Shown: in pieces, positions 25,201 through 46,021 of the stretch
How positions within the stretch are numbered: the first letter of the stretch is position 1
Layout of the letters: each line of letters begins with the position of its first letter
Source: Lingula anatina
Taxonomy: Eukaryota > Animalia > Brachiopoda
Length of the DNA stretch: 64,000 bases
Assembly (NCBI GenBank): GCA_051362555.1
Contig: CM120640.1
Coordinates: forward strand, 50,942,788 to 51,006,787
Direction: 5' to 3'
The notes under the pieces: generated by a model
Databases searched by the model: none
What the model was told of the DNA's origin: nothing
What the model saw: only the letters and a program-made list of their open reading frames with translations
Program-made: the position numbers and the translations under genes

Positions 25201-26235
25201 AGAGAAAGAGACAGACTTATTTATTTAAATTAAGACTGACTACAATATTGAGTGTTTAAAGCCATTTAAGGCTCTATTCCCATAGATTTTAGATCGATCT
25301 ATCCCCGCGGGGAGTCTCACTAGATTACTTTCAGATAATCCGACTTAAATGTCCGTCCCGTCTACTACAAGCTGTAAGGGGGTAATTAACTTTTGTGTCC
25401 GCCCGGCTGACAGCTATTCAGCGTGAACCCCCAGGGAGTTAGGTCCATCTAAAGTAGGTCGATCTAATCTATGGAAATGGGGTGTAAGTTTTACTTGGCC
25501 TTGACAAGAAGAAAACAGCATGTTACAGTGGCTACAAACTCTTCACTTGCATACCTTCATGCAATCAGAAGAAGAATATGGGGTTGAAACACCAAAACTT
25601 AGGGATGTTTGGACAAAAGTAAAAGAATTTTCAAAGGAAAAACAGGTAGGTAGGTAGGTAGGTAGGTAGTCTCAGGCACAAACACTATTGATATCAAATG
25701 TATTCAATCCACAGTTTAGGTTTAATTACTAAGTCAAGCAGGTCACTTATTTGAATACTTTTTTGAAGAATTTGATTTTAGTTTCTCAAAATTCTTCTGA
25801 CTTGGGTGGAACTGGAATTTTAGAACTATCAATTTCTGATCAGATTTTTTTTCAATAGGGTTTTTGTGGTTTATAGAATGTTATTTTGGCATAATCGTAT
25901 TGCAACTTTTTTTGTACTCATGATAATAGGAACATTCCTTTTCTTTACTTGGCAGCGTCTTATTAAGGTCTAACCACAAGTTTATATATGTGCCATATAT
26001 TCACATTTTTGTTATACTGCTTTATGATTTATTTCAATGGTTTATCATGTTAAAAGCCTCCAGAAAACTGGTACACAATGACTAATGGTCATTATTTACA
26101 GTTTCAAAGCAGGTACAAGTTTGTATGTTCATCAGCTTTTACAGCCCAGTTTACAATTAACTTATAAATAACCAAAATATTATTCATATTGCTATCCTTT
26201 CTTTGTAGGAGGCATCAAAAAACGAAGAAAAATAA
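18865..26235 (+). CDS. PUS1: tRNA pseudouridine synthase A (TruA family)
   Basis: Exons 18865-19179, 19632-19720, 20038-20131, 20348-20416, 20958-21024, 21327-21427, 21667-21694, 21969-22047, 22489-22534, 22714-22807, 22990-23060, 23877-23921, 24476-24550, 24774-24844, 25519-25645, 26209-26235. Motifs: [20 protein letters not shown], catalytic [46 protein letters not shown]. Confidence 0.95.
20480..20654. mobile_element. 175-bp MITE with perfect 23-bp TIRs and 3-bp TSD (PIF/Harbinger-like)
   Basis: ggccacattcagaacagtggact ... agtccactgttctgaatgtggcc, flanked by TAT on both sides. Confidence 0.85.
22149..22198. repeat. (AT)n microsatellite
   Basis: Visible directly in the sequence. Confidence 0.95.
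23384..23696. mobile_element. Foldback MITE with ~100-bp imperfect TIRs
   Basis: aggcctacccagctaccagactcggtaccgaatgatcc...gtcagtac versus gtactgac...ggatcattcggtgccgagtctggtagttgggtaggcct. Confidence 0.85.
24845..25518 (+). other. U12-type (minor spliceosome) GT-AG intron in PUS1
   Basis: 5'ss GTATCCTT; branch CCTTGAC ~14 nt before the AG; no polypyrimidine tract; frame is restored (EKS|MLQWL). Confidence 0.85.
25270..25483. mobile_element. MITE family A copy (opposite orientation) inside the U12 intron
   Basis: ttcccatagattttagatcgatctatcccc..ggggagtctcacta ... ccccagggagttag; homologous to 11424-11676. Confidence 0.6.
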
Positions 26236-29200
26236 GTCCAAGATTCAATTAGTGTGACAATCTGAAATTTCTTTCTAAAAGCGGATCTCTTGGTGGGCAG
26301 CTGTTTGGAGCCTTCAGATATGTATAAGGGCACTTTTGATGTTCACCTATTGTTGGTGGTAGCGGTGGGGAGATACATCATCATATGATGGAAATTCAGA
26401 TTTACTATGCATCCTTTTCCAGAAATTTCACAAAGTTTGAACCAGGAGAAATTCCTATACAAAATGGATAGAAATGGCATAAGGCTATTTTGTGCTGTGC
26501 CCGAGAACACGCATCAATTTTTTACTGGCAATGCGTGCAGTGGTCCATACATTGTCCATGGAGAGAAATGACATTGTCAACCAGGACAAACTGAAACCAT
26601 CATATTAAGTTATATCTATTAAACTTTATATTAATGAGATGGACATCACCCTTGAAATTGCCATACTATCTATAAATGGATTGCTATTTTAAGGACATTG
26701 GAAAAGGATTATTCAGTGCGCCTCCCTCTGTAAAGGACGACCTGGTCTCCAGATGAAAATGGAAGAATTTTAATTTTTAAAATCAACTTGAATTAAAATA
26801 AAGGTCAAATTAATAAGTTAAAACATGGTCAGAATTTTACAGTCCAGTTTAATGTGGTTAGTTTTCATATAAACAATAGTGTTCAGCTGTGTAACTTTTA
26901 GAGCATATAGTATGTGGGCCAATAAAAAATTTATTCAGCTAAATTGTTATTTCATTTGACTTAAAACTGCAAATAAATTTGTTAAAAGGAGTCAAACATG
27001 CCATTTCATGTACATCGGAAGTTTATATTACATAAATTGATAAGGACACTGCAAACGAGATAAAGACAAGCTTCAACTTATGCAATAGTATGGGGGAGGG
27101 GAGATGTGTGCACATAATACTATATCACATACAAGAATTCCGAGACTCTCCCCACAACTGAACCCCATTTATTAATGGTTATCATGCATTTTGTTACAAA
27201 AAGATTTTTCAGTATTTCAGTTCATATTGGCTTCATTGATAAGTATCCCTCAATAGCGTATCATAATTCTACAAAATAGATTTTAAATCTTGTGTTGGAT
27301 TTCAAGTTCAGATAAAGCAGCACAGTCAATAAACTGCTTCAATAAACTTTGACTGTACACAGTGCTTTTGATTAAAAGGAAAAAAAGGATGATATTGTGG
27401 ACAGGCTTTATTTTTAACCTCGACTTCTAAACTAACTGGAAGATCATATCATGAATACACTGACAATCTAATAATAATTGCTAAGGGAATCTTCAATGCT
27501 AAACACAAATACAAAATAAAACAGACTTCGTCATTAATATGTTCAGAACAGAAATGCAGCTGCATGATAATAATAATAATAATGTAAACTGATACCATAT
27601 TGTGATGATGGCTACATGTGTGCTGAGCACCAGTGACACTGATCACACCTTTTGTATTAACACTGCACACTCCTCTCTTGCAGCTGGGTTCTTTACAAGT
27701 GTTCACTACAGAAGTTTCTGAAAATCCTACACGGAAACTATCAACTTATATTCCATTACTATTACTAATATCTATGTCTTGGTTGCCCAGATTTCTTTGC
27801 AGTATTGCAGTGCTGGGAGATAAAGCAGAATAAACTTGCATATAAAGCAAAGGAGTTGCATTCAACTCTTGATTGTCTGCAGATTAAACTAAGTATTATA
27901 GTAAGATATTAAAGCAAACAAAATGTTATCATACACAAAATTGGACATTTTAATAAATTGTGAAATCATGGCCTCAAGTGCCCTGTTTTAGTGAAAATTC
28001 CTACTGATCAATACTTTAGATGCTTTGCTTGCAAAGAAATCTGGGAAGCCAAAAAATATTGTACTTAATTTAATACATGACATAGTACATATATGCCAAC
28101 AAATGACATTAAATCATAAGTGTAATCAGTTTCTACTAAATAATCATTTTTCTCTGGATTACACCAGTAGTTTTTGTGTAATGTTGATCTTCTTTCAAGC
28201 TTAGTAGAAGCTAAATATCTGTTAACATTCTTTCTCAATATTACACATTGTTTAACTCCATAATAAACCATATAATCAGTTGGTCTTTCTCATCTTTAAT
28301 CTCTCCTGGACGCATCAACACCAACATTGTGTTGTTAGATCTTTATCAACTCGGACTAGCCTCCATTAGCTATTCAGCTTTTCTTAAAGTACAAAATACA
28401 ATCTCATCAAAACACTTTGCTAGTAACTCCAAGGAGTAGAATGTACAGTACATCGGTGAGGTGTCCATCTGTTATCTTTTCATATTTGATGTCATATCAA
28501 CCTGAATAATAGAAACAGAAGTTAGGAGGCACAGTTTAGCTTAAGTACTCAACATGACACCTGCATTTTTTAATACAATTTCTCTCAGCATATGCTTAGT
28601 AAATTGTTATGCATAAAAAATCAAATAACTTTTGTTCCACAGAACTTGACGAGTTTGTCAGTGTAATTTCAGTTACATGGTAATTCTATACAAGACCTCA
28701 TCAAAGAGGGCAAAACAAGGCATGGGATACTAATACCAAGATATTCAACTTCCCTAATTAGCATCCTTATTTCACAAAAGATAAAGCAAAGTTAACAGCA
28801 TTTACAATGTTATACAATGTCTGTGTTCACCATATTTATACTAATATGAATCAGTTAAAAAAATTTAAAGCGATATATTCCTGAAACCCAAGTTCATGTT
28901 AACTGAATCAGCATTTATATATATATATATGTATTCTCATTACTTCGATTAAGTCAATAAGAGCAAGCTTACCGTCAATCAGTACTTAGCTTGGATACAT
29001 CAACACATATAAGTGAATTCAAGTGTTATAAAGGAAACTAAAAGCACTTGGAGCCTGTTTAAGGTTACACACTATTACAAGACCTGGACAGTGCTATACA
29101 ACCCAAACGGTGATCTCCAGGAAGGAAACACAAAAGCTACATGTTCTAACACAAATTACAGATCAAAATCACATAACATGTCTTAAATGAAATCTATGTA

Positions 29201-30036
29201 AGGCAATAAACCAATACTTTTTCAGCTTCTTCACTTTCTAGGAGGCCCTGCTATGTTCCGAACAACTGAATGTTAGGATGGCATATGAAATGCATGCTAG
29301 CAGTTCCTTTTAACAGCTCCTTAAACTAGATAACCTAACAACTCCTTCTTAAATGAGCAAATAATTCTCATAAACATAGCTTGGCTAAAAGACAGTTACT
29401 TTCTCCACATGAAAAAATGCTGTATTATCCTTATTCAACTGCTTTTGTTACATAAATATTATATCAAAGATGAAGTAACATGAATGTACTGGATATTTCA
29501 TAGTAACTGACCAAACGTTGACCGTTGCACCATTTATGTCTCTACCTGATCTACTACACTATAATACAAAATGGCATCCTGGGCCAACCTCCATACATTA
29601 TACACCTGAGAAACAGATTGCAGCAATTAGCCAGCAAAGCACCTACAGATGTGATCTCACACTGTCAACATTATACGATAAACATTTACATTAGCTCTAG
29701 CTGCTGTGTTCATATTCGTTTCTCTTTTCCTTGCATCTACAACTACAGCAGATACAATCCAATCTTACCATGATTTTCCGCCACATATTGCATCTCATTG
29801 CCAACTGTTTCTATCTTCATATCAAAATTAGGCTTTAATTTTCAACAACACAAAAAGACTTGAGGTATATATGGTTCATCTAGCTTGATTGTGGCCTGGC
29901 ATCATGATATATCTTTTTAAATAAGAAATGTTTTATGATGCTAGCTTTTTCAACAGATGAAGTATCTCTTCCTTACTTGTATCCCCTACTTATTTGAAGT
30001 TGTTTTCTTTGTCTTTTCCAACAGTCTTGAAAAGGG

Positions 30037-37498
<7,462 letters not shown>

Positions 37499-38625
37499 AA
37501 TGCAACATCACCTCAGATTTATTTTGTGTTTTCCTAAAATAAACCCAAAATTAGAAAATGAATTTGACATCACAAATGTCATGTTTCACGGAACAAGACT
37601 CAACTGCACTTACAACAGGTGTTAGTTATACAGATGCTCTGTCCAAGATTTTTATTTGCTTTACATAACAGTTACTGGAAGTGAATCATGAAATTCTATT
37701 GGAGATAAAAATGGCTATATTAAGAAAAAATTATTAAAGCTCAAATGCTGAGATTTATAAGCTATTCAAATGACATTTTTTCTGGGAGACAAAATGCTGC
37801 TACTCCACCTATGAATAGCAAATATACATTTTTAAAAGAAAGTGAAAATGATTTTTTAAGTGTTCTCTTCTCCTTTCAAATATATTGTGTTTATTCATCA
37901 CAGACTGGTTACCTTTTTTGTAAATTTTGAAATTATTGCCCACATTATGAATTTGAACTTTTCCCCTGTAGTCCTATACAGTATAGAACCCCTCCTCCTC
38001 CCTTTAATTTTGTCCCAATCCAATGGGAGGCCTCTTAATTGGCAGATTTTATCAACAAGATACATTCAGTTTCAAAAGAATATTCACTTTTTTCACAAAC
38101 TCTTCACAATATATTATATATGATGTGCACTTGTTCCTGTAAAAACAGTCTGGAGTCATAAAATAGTACAATTAAGTGCTTAAAATGAAATGCATTTATA
38201 ATTCATGGCGCATGCACTTAAATGCCCAGCTGGTCTTTGCTGGGGGTCATTTGCATAAACATGCTGGTGCTTCCTGCCCCACACGTTTCTTTCAGCAAAG
38301 GTGTCACGCATAATTTTAGTTCAGTACACAATGCAGTAGCCCAACCCATTGAAAGGAACAATCATTTTGTGTTGCTTTTTATTGGCAATGTTCATCTCCC
38401 TGTGCAAATACACGCACGATGTAAACAAATGATCAAACAAAGTCAGTAACACTTTGTTCACAGAAACAAATTCTTTGAGCTGAATCACTTAATATTTGAG
38501 ACGAAGAATGATTATAACAGCTAACCGATACATACAATATACTCATAATCATATAATTGTACACTATGGGAATTATTATTGAGGGATTTTGCTTATAAGT
38601 TTTCAAAATTAATTTTCTTACTTAC

Positions 38626-39055
38626 CGTCTTTATCAAGGTTTCAGAGACAAAGACACGGGACAAGACCCCCAACGAAGAACACCGGTGTTCACAATACTG
38701 GCTAAATTTCTGCAGAAATGGTCTTCACAATGTGCTTATACTATAATACAGAGCAGATTTCTATTGTCCAAAACAAAAAACAACCACTGAATAAGAAAAC
38801 AACGGATATAAGAGGCTTGGTTTCACGTCCAAATATTTAACACCGACCTCTCTTTTTTGCAAATGGAGAAAATCACGTACTCTCTCGCTGATACGAGATG
38901 AGTTACACATAATGAAATTTACGATGATTGAAATAAAATATACCAGTGTAAGAAATTTCAACATTTTATTAATAGTGAAAAAAGAATATGTTTTGCTTTG
39001 AATCATAAAAAATAAAAAAGAAGTTTTTACCCATAAGGCTCAGACAACAACAAGG
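38626..39055. promoter_or_regulatory. Bidirectional promoter region CtBP/MAEA
   Basis: The CtBP non-coding first-exon donor (ACG|gtaagt at 38625) and the MAEA ATG (39056) are ~430 bp apart and divergent. Confidence 0.6.
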
Positions 39056-42000
39056 ATGGCAGACTTGAAAGCATTAGAGCATCCCACTCTAAAGGTAGTG
39101 CTTTTAAATAAGTGCATTCAAGAAAGTTATTCAAATAATAGGCTGAAGTCAGAAGAAAGCAAAGCTGCACGTATATATAATCTTAAACTTAGATTTTGTT
39201 GTCGATAACATTACATCCAACTCGGTTCAGAAAGCCGTCAGAAGATTGAATTAAATTTTTGAAAAAACGAATGCACGGGGAAGGCCTTCCATATCTCATG
39301 GATATGCCGTGAGACTTCCGAATTTAACATAGATCTTACGTTTTCACGGATTGTTCAAAATTTCTCAAGAAGTCAAGCAAAAGTCTCCGGCAGGCTCCAG
39401 CAAGGGGTTTGAGTAGAACTAGTACCTTTCGTAGAGCCGTGAAAGCAGGGTGTAGCTGAATTGTGCAATACAGCGCAACACACTTGAGAAAGCACCTTGA
39501 AAATAATTTTAAACAATTTTTTTTCCATTGGGCAGTTATCAGTAAAACACATATCTTAGATATGTACCTTCTAGATATGAATATGTGATAATACAAGCTA
39601 AAATTCTAGATAATTTTCTCTTCTGGGCCAACAAGTTAGTATGAGCAACACATCCAGACATTTTTTCTGAGTGTTTGTGTGGAAGTGAGGATAAATCTAC
39701 AAAATAATGAAAATGTTCATTTTTATTGTGTATTCATATTTATTGAAATATATTTTCATTTATGTGTTCATCAGAGTGATTTGTATTTCATTCAGGTACC
39801 TTATGAAGTTTTGAATAAAAAATTCCGATCAGCACAGAAAAACATTGATAGAGAAGTTTCTCATGTCCAAGTAACTATGTCTGATGTGGACAGATGTCTA
39901 CAGAATCAGCCTGTCACAGTAAGAGAGATGTCCATGGTGCTGGATGGCGTGGTAGAGAAATTAAACATTCTCAAGAGAAAGGTATTTGCACTTTTTATAG
40001 TGTCTTTTGCGAAGTTTGTTCAGTGTGTCATTTTGCAGACATTTGTGTAAACTTGCATTATATTGCGGAACAACATTAATGGCAAATGAAAAGTGTCAGA
40101 TATTACAGAACTATAATTTACTTATTTTATCCTCAAGTTATTTCTGAAAGGGATCATCCCAGCAGTGCTGAACCAATCAAGACTCGCAACCAGTTGCATT
40201 AATCCTTCCTGCCATGTCTAATGATTTCTGCCTGGGTTCATTTTTTCTTTGTAGTTGTTTTATATTTTCTGGTAGTACCGCTAAAAGTTGATTTTTTCAG
40301 GCTGTTGAAAGCATTCAAGATGAGTCTGAGAGTGCTTTAGTCTGCAAGCGCAGGGTAGAACACTTAAAAGAATATGACAAACTGCAGGGAAGTGCTGTCA
40401 ATCAGTGGAGGAAGAAGCGTTTAGACAGAATGATCGTTGACTACTTCCTAAGAGCTGGGTATTACAACACTGCCATAAAGCTTGCAAGACATTCTGGAAT
40501 TGAAGTATGTACAGGAAGGCTGTTACTTTTGTTGTAGCAGTAAATGCCATTATCATTGTTAGAAATTAAGGCTGGACTGTCTGCCTGGGGCTGACAACTT
40601 TCAGAATGGGCTGAAAAGATTTCCCACTCGGCAGACATTCAGTCCAGCTACTTTTCAAGATGGCTGGACTTTCAGTCCAGCAACTAATTTTCCTAAGAGG
40701 CAAACACTGGCCATTATTATTGTTTGGAGTTAATATTTTGTACATGTGTCTCAGCAGTTGCACTTGTTCCCTAACATATCAGGCATAACATTTCTTAAAT
40801 CTTGGCAGGTCTAAATAAGGTTTTTGTTAAAGCAAAATAAGAAATGATTGTGAAGAATATGATCTTTAGTGATATATTGAGGTTAGATATTCTTTTTCAT
40901 GTGGCACCACCCTTAAGGCTGTGACTAGAGACTTTTAGTGTTATCTATCTTGCTGCCATCTTTTTCCTTGTCCCATGTCCACCCTTCTACCTTCTACCCA
41001 ATTAAACATTGGTTACTACTGTAGTATTTAAAACCATATTACAACTGTATCACACATCCTATAATTTCAATGGTCAGTCACATTTGGGGCTTGGTGGAAA
41101 TAAGTGGTTTTGTGGAAGGTTAGTGCATTTTAAAAAGTTATACAGCTATTTATGATAAACCAAAGACCTATTATTTAGTGGTACCTTTGCTCTTTAAACT
41201 ATATTTAATCTCTTACATCCAAATTTATTGTTAAAAATGTGTCATTGTCCAATTTCCAAGCACATGACTAGAGAGTGCAATTGGGAGACAAAGTCTGCTT
41301 TTCTAAGCCTCCTGTTATCTTGTATTAAGAGAATGTGAAAATGGATGAATCCATAAATACATGTCATTATGGATTGGCATAGAGAATGTACTTTTACTTG
41401 TCTGACTTATGTTTTTATTTTAATCTTATATCGACAGGATCTTACAAATATAGAACTTTTCCTGGTATCCAAAGAAGTGGAAGAATCTTTAGAGAAAAAA
41501 GAAACAGCTAAATGCCTAACCTGGTGCCATGATAATAAATCCAAATTGCGAAAAATGAAGGTGATAGACTGTTTTATCTCTAAATGTAACATGAGTTTTG
41601 ACACAGGAAGCCTCAAACTTATTATTTTAAAATTCTCTGAAAATCCATTTGGAATTGAATTAAAAACATTTGAAAGAGAGTATGGAGAAATTTATGCTAA
41701 CAGGTTTGTCAGTTGTTTGTGTAGATTGCAACATAAACTTGTATATATATAAATTTATAACATGATTTATTCAATGTACAATTTATTTCAGAGTACTCTA
41801 GAATTTAATCTCAGAACACAAGAATTCATTGAACTGATAAGAAATAACAGAAGAGTAGATGCAGTCAAGTAAGTTACTGTGTAGTTTTTAATTCAGTATG
41901 CATGTTTACACTGGGATTTCAGATATTGAAATGAGGGGGAAGGGGTCAAGATTTTGCCTCCTCATTTTCTGCACCCCTATTCCTGGCTTCGAAAGATATT

Positions 42001-43462
42001 TTAGAAAAAAAGTATAATGTGTGACAACCTCTAGTACTGAATATAGCCTCTAGGTTTCAGAGTGATTTTGCTTCCCTTTTCAGAATGGGGAGGGATGGTC
42101 TTATAATTCTATAATGAAAATTATGGACCAAGACCTTTCTCTTGGTCCTACTTTAATACTTATTTTGCCATAATAGACATTGACGTACATGTTGATATAG
42201 CACCCAGTGGTCAGCAGTGTAGTGTTTGATAAAAATGTAGAAATAACTCCATTCTCAGGCATGCTAGAAAATATTTCAACAATTTGGAAGAATCACAGAT
42301 GATGGATGTGCAAAGAGTGATGGGCCTCCTAGCATTCCCAGTGGACACATCAATTTCACCTTATCAGGTACAATAGTCAATAAATTTAGACTGCATGAAA
42401 ACGGCATATCCTATTGATAAAAATATATTGAATTTATCAAAAAAATGTAAGAAGAAAAAGTGAAAAAAATTATGTACTGCATTTTTTTAGTATTATATAT
42501 GTGTATCAAAGGTATATGTGTAAAAAAGACACATGAAAGATATGATATTGAAAGAATAATTATTGCTGAATGTGCATTAAAAGGAAAATTTATTTGCACC
42601 TTTCAGGAACTGTTAGATCCCAACAGGTGGAATCATTTGGTGCAGCAGTTTAGAAATGAGAATTTCAAACTACATCAGTTAAACAATACATCTGTATTTG
42701 TTGTCAGTTTGCAGGCTGGACTCTCAGCTCTTAAGACTCCGTATCCTTTATTTGAATTTATTTAAACTATAAATCACATAAACACAATGTTAATGACATA
42801 AGATTTTTGCAATTTTGAAAAAGATTTTCTTTTGACTGGTCATGTAAGTTTGCCTGTTAGAGTATAGTACATGTATACCTTTCATCCTTAACTCCTCCAC
42901 GCCAGGCACTGCTATAAGGATGAATGTGGAGAAAGGAATCCAAACTGCCCAGTGTGTAGTCCACACCTTAATGACTTAGCTAAGACCTTGCCGTTTGCTC
43001 ACTGTGCTCAGTCCAAATTAATTTGCCAGATCTCTGGCAGACCTTTGAATGAGCACAACCCACCTCTTATGTTACCTAATGGATATGTCTATGGGTATAA
43101 TGTAAGTATGCAATTCCATATATGTATATATATATATATATACTATTTTGTTGCTAACGGGTTACATTAAGTGACATTGTTTGAGTTTTTTTTTTTTCTT
43201 TTTGTGATTTATATTTTTAGATAACGACATTTTTTGGTTTAATTTGTAATCCATAAACGTTGTCTTCAATTTCTGTAAACTGTACAACCTGCAAAATGGA
43301 ATTTTCACTTTTATAACTTTATATTTGTTAGTCTTATCTAGAATATGCTGTATTTTCCAGTCCTTAGTTGAGATGGCTAATAACAATGATGGAAGAGTGG
43401 TATGCCCCAGGACCAAAGAAATCTATAAATTGGATGAATGTGAGAAAGTATTTGTTATGTGA
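39056..43462 (+). CDS. MAEA: E3 ubiquitin-protein transferase MAEA (CTLH/GID complex RING subunit)
   Basis: Exons 39056-39094, 39796-39981, 40301-40504, 41438-41560, 41792-41868, 42259-42367, 42607-42740, 42906-43101, 43361-43462. Motifs: [27 protein letters not shown], Lis[68 protein letters not shown]. Confidence 0.97.
42741..42905 (+). other. U12-type GT-AG intron in MAEA
   Basis: 5'ss GTATCCTTT; canonical branch TCCTTAAC ~13 nt before the AG; frame KTP|HCYK is preserved. Confidence 0.92.
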
Positions 43463-44767
43463 AGACACTGACGGGTCAAGATGGAGAACAGCAGTGCATT
43501 TGGTTGTACTCTATTTGTCACATACACATCTTCATTGAAGGCCGGTGCAATACTGTCATGATCCCATCAATGATATAAACATATAAATGATATAAAAATA
43601 TATCAACACATTGCCAGTGCAGAACAGACTCCGAAAAGAAGAAAAATGTGCTAACTGCATGAGTTTTAACAACTCTGTCGTCTTGTGAAGAGTTTGCAGA
43701 CCTGATCATTGCCTTTTAGTATATAAAAAATAAACAAAATATTAAAAGATATCAATATATAATTATATGATATAATAACATACACTTGCAATTCAACTGC
43801 TTATGTTACTTCAAAAAACAATGTTTTCACATTATATTAGTGTGGTTTTCAGGCTTTGTTCAGGCATAATGCCTTGAATCACTCGGTGAAAGGCATTCTC
43901 CTTACTTGAACCTAACCATGAAGTTTATCCTACTTACAGGTTGTAAAAGAAATATTAATATAAAATGGATGAAATCTTAGTTTTCATGCAAGTTGTTTAA
44001 ATGTATGAATAACTGAAAGCATGCTGCAAAGTTGTATAAATCAGTTGCAATGCAAAGAGTAAAATGCAGAGTCAAGAGTTCATATCAGGCTGTGATTTTG
44101 ATTCTTGTGATGCATAATGTAAAATGTGACATTTTAATAAAGCAAAATTACTATGTGTATTCAATATTGCTTACTTAAATTATTACTTTATCTGCATCAA
44201 TATGTGAATGGTTTAGCGGTGATAGTGGCAGGGTGGTTTCGTGATGATTATAGGAGTAAGTCTTGCTACAAGACAATTCAGTTTCCAGCACTAGATACCA
44301 GTCAAAATTTGATTATTATTTATTATCATTATTATTATTATTATTATTTTTTTTTTGAGAAAAGAGGACTAAAATACATTAAATCTAAAAAGTAAGGACC
44401 AGACATGAAAAATTAATTTGGTTTCTATAAAGGCTTATGATTGTTATTATTATCGTGACTTCAGTTTAATCTACAAAATCTAAACATGTTAATGGCTGAG
44501 GGGGAAAGGTAGTTTGAAATTATCTGTTTTACTGTGTAAAGTATGATTACTGCAAATTTAACTGACCAAGCCCATTTTTAAGTGTTGAAAACTGATGAAA
44601 AAAAATCTTAGGCACAGGGCATCTAGTATTGCTTTTATATATATATATATATATATATTCTAAGAAATTGGGAATTGATCATACATTTCATACCTACTTT
44701 CTCATTGTTTAGTGCAATCTCTAAACTTCTTCATTCATTCAAAGGTATGATTTTTTAAGTTGGGAAG

Positions 44768-44772
<5 letters not shown>

Positions 44773-44829
<57 letters not shown>
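44773..44829. repeat. (AT)n microsatellite
   Basis: Visible directly in the sequence. Confidence 0.95.
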
Positions 44830-44832
<3 letters not shown>

Positions 44833-46021
44833 TTCAGTAATCTAATGGGAAAGTGTGCTTTGCTTGGTTCTCAAAAATAAACCTATACCTTTATCTGGGA
44901 TAACATTGTATGCTTCATTTACATGAAAATATAACAAAAAATAAGGAAAAGTTAAGAAAAAATGTATTTATAAAAGCAATATAAGCACATTGTACAACAT
45001 TCAATTAAATAAATACATGTAGAAAAATATTTCGTTCAAAAATTACAATTTGACAGTACAAGTTTTGCATCTTAGGGATTGCAACTAGAGCCTACACAAA
45101 AATTGCATTTGTTAAGTTTTGATACATTTATACCTTAATAATAAATATCTTTGTTAATTTGACACACATTTCCTAACTTCACACTGTTTCTGTAATTTTT
45201 TTTTCTTCAAATGGTAGATGACACATTGCTACATTCCCCTTTATAGCAGGTAGCTGTATCAAGTCTGACAGGTTAACCCTTTATTTGAGTCATTCCACTG
45301 CTTACAAGACTATGTTTACTGTTGAAGTAAGGTCAACAAATCTCTCTTTGATAATGAAGTGCGCTCTGTACACCAAGATAATACATCGTGTACAGCAACT
45401 AGCCATTAAATCAATAACTTGCAGTAGTTCAAACACCTGCATTGGCAATGCATCTATTTTCTTTGTTTAGTCAAGGGCATATATGATCTCTTTCTTAGCA
45501 TTTCTTGTTGCCTTATAATTATCAAGAATGTGGATTTTATCAACAGAAATATTTCAGTCTTTGCAGCCTTACTCTTGACATGAACATTTGATTATAATAT
45601 TATATTCCAACTTCCACAGTATGTCCTTTTTCCTTTAATTTTGATTATTTTTGAAAGCATTTGTCATTTTAGGCAGGTTTTCTGTAGTTGTGATTTCTTA
45701 TTGACCCCAATCCCCAGACTGTTTTAATTATTACAAATTTTTATTTCCTAACTTTAATCATCAAGATAGCATAGAGAGCTGGAGTAATAACCTGTCACCT
45801 ATAGAATGATTAAATTTCCCCTGTAATCAAAATTTATGGCACTGCTTACAAATTAGTATCCAGTAAATCCTACTGAAGTTTATCTCTCTGAAATTTTGAA
45901 TTTTGTTGTGCTTTCCATGAAGTTGGTCGTTAGCAGTATTTCTAGACAAATTACTAATAAAAGCTTTTGATTCAATACCTTTTTGAAACTTGTTTAATTT
46001 GATCAATAAATGTTTCAAGCC

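Noticed and set aside
45285-46018. Additional TEX36 exons or a separate gene
   Set aside because: Multiple stops in all frames I tried; consistent with 3'UTR or intergenic sequence.
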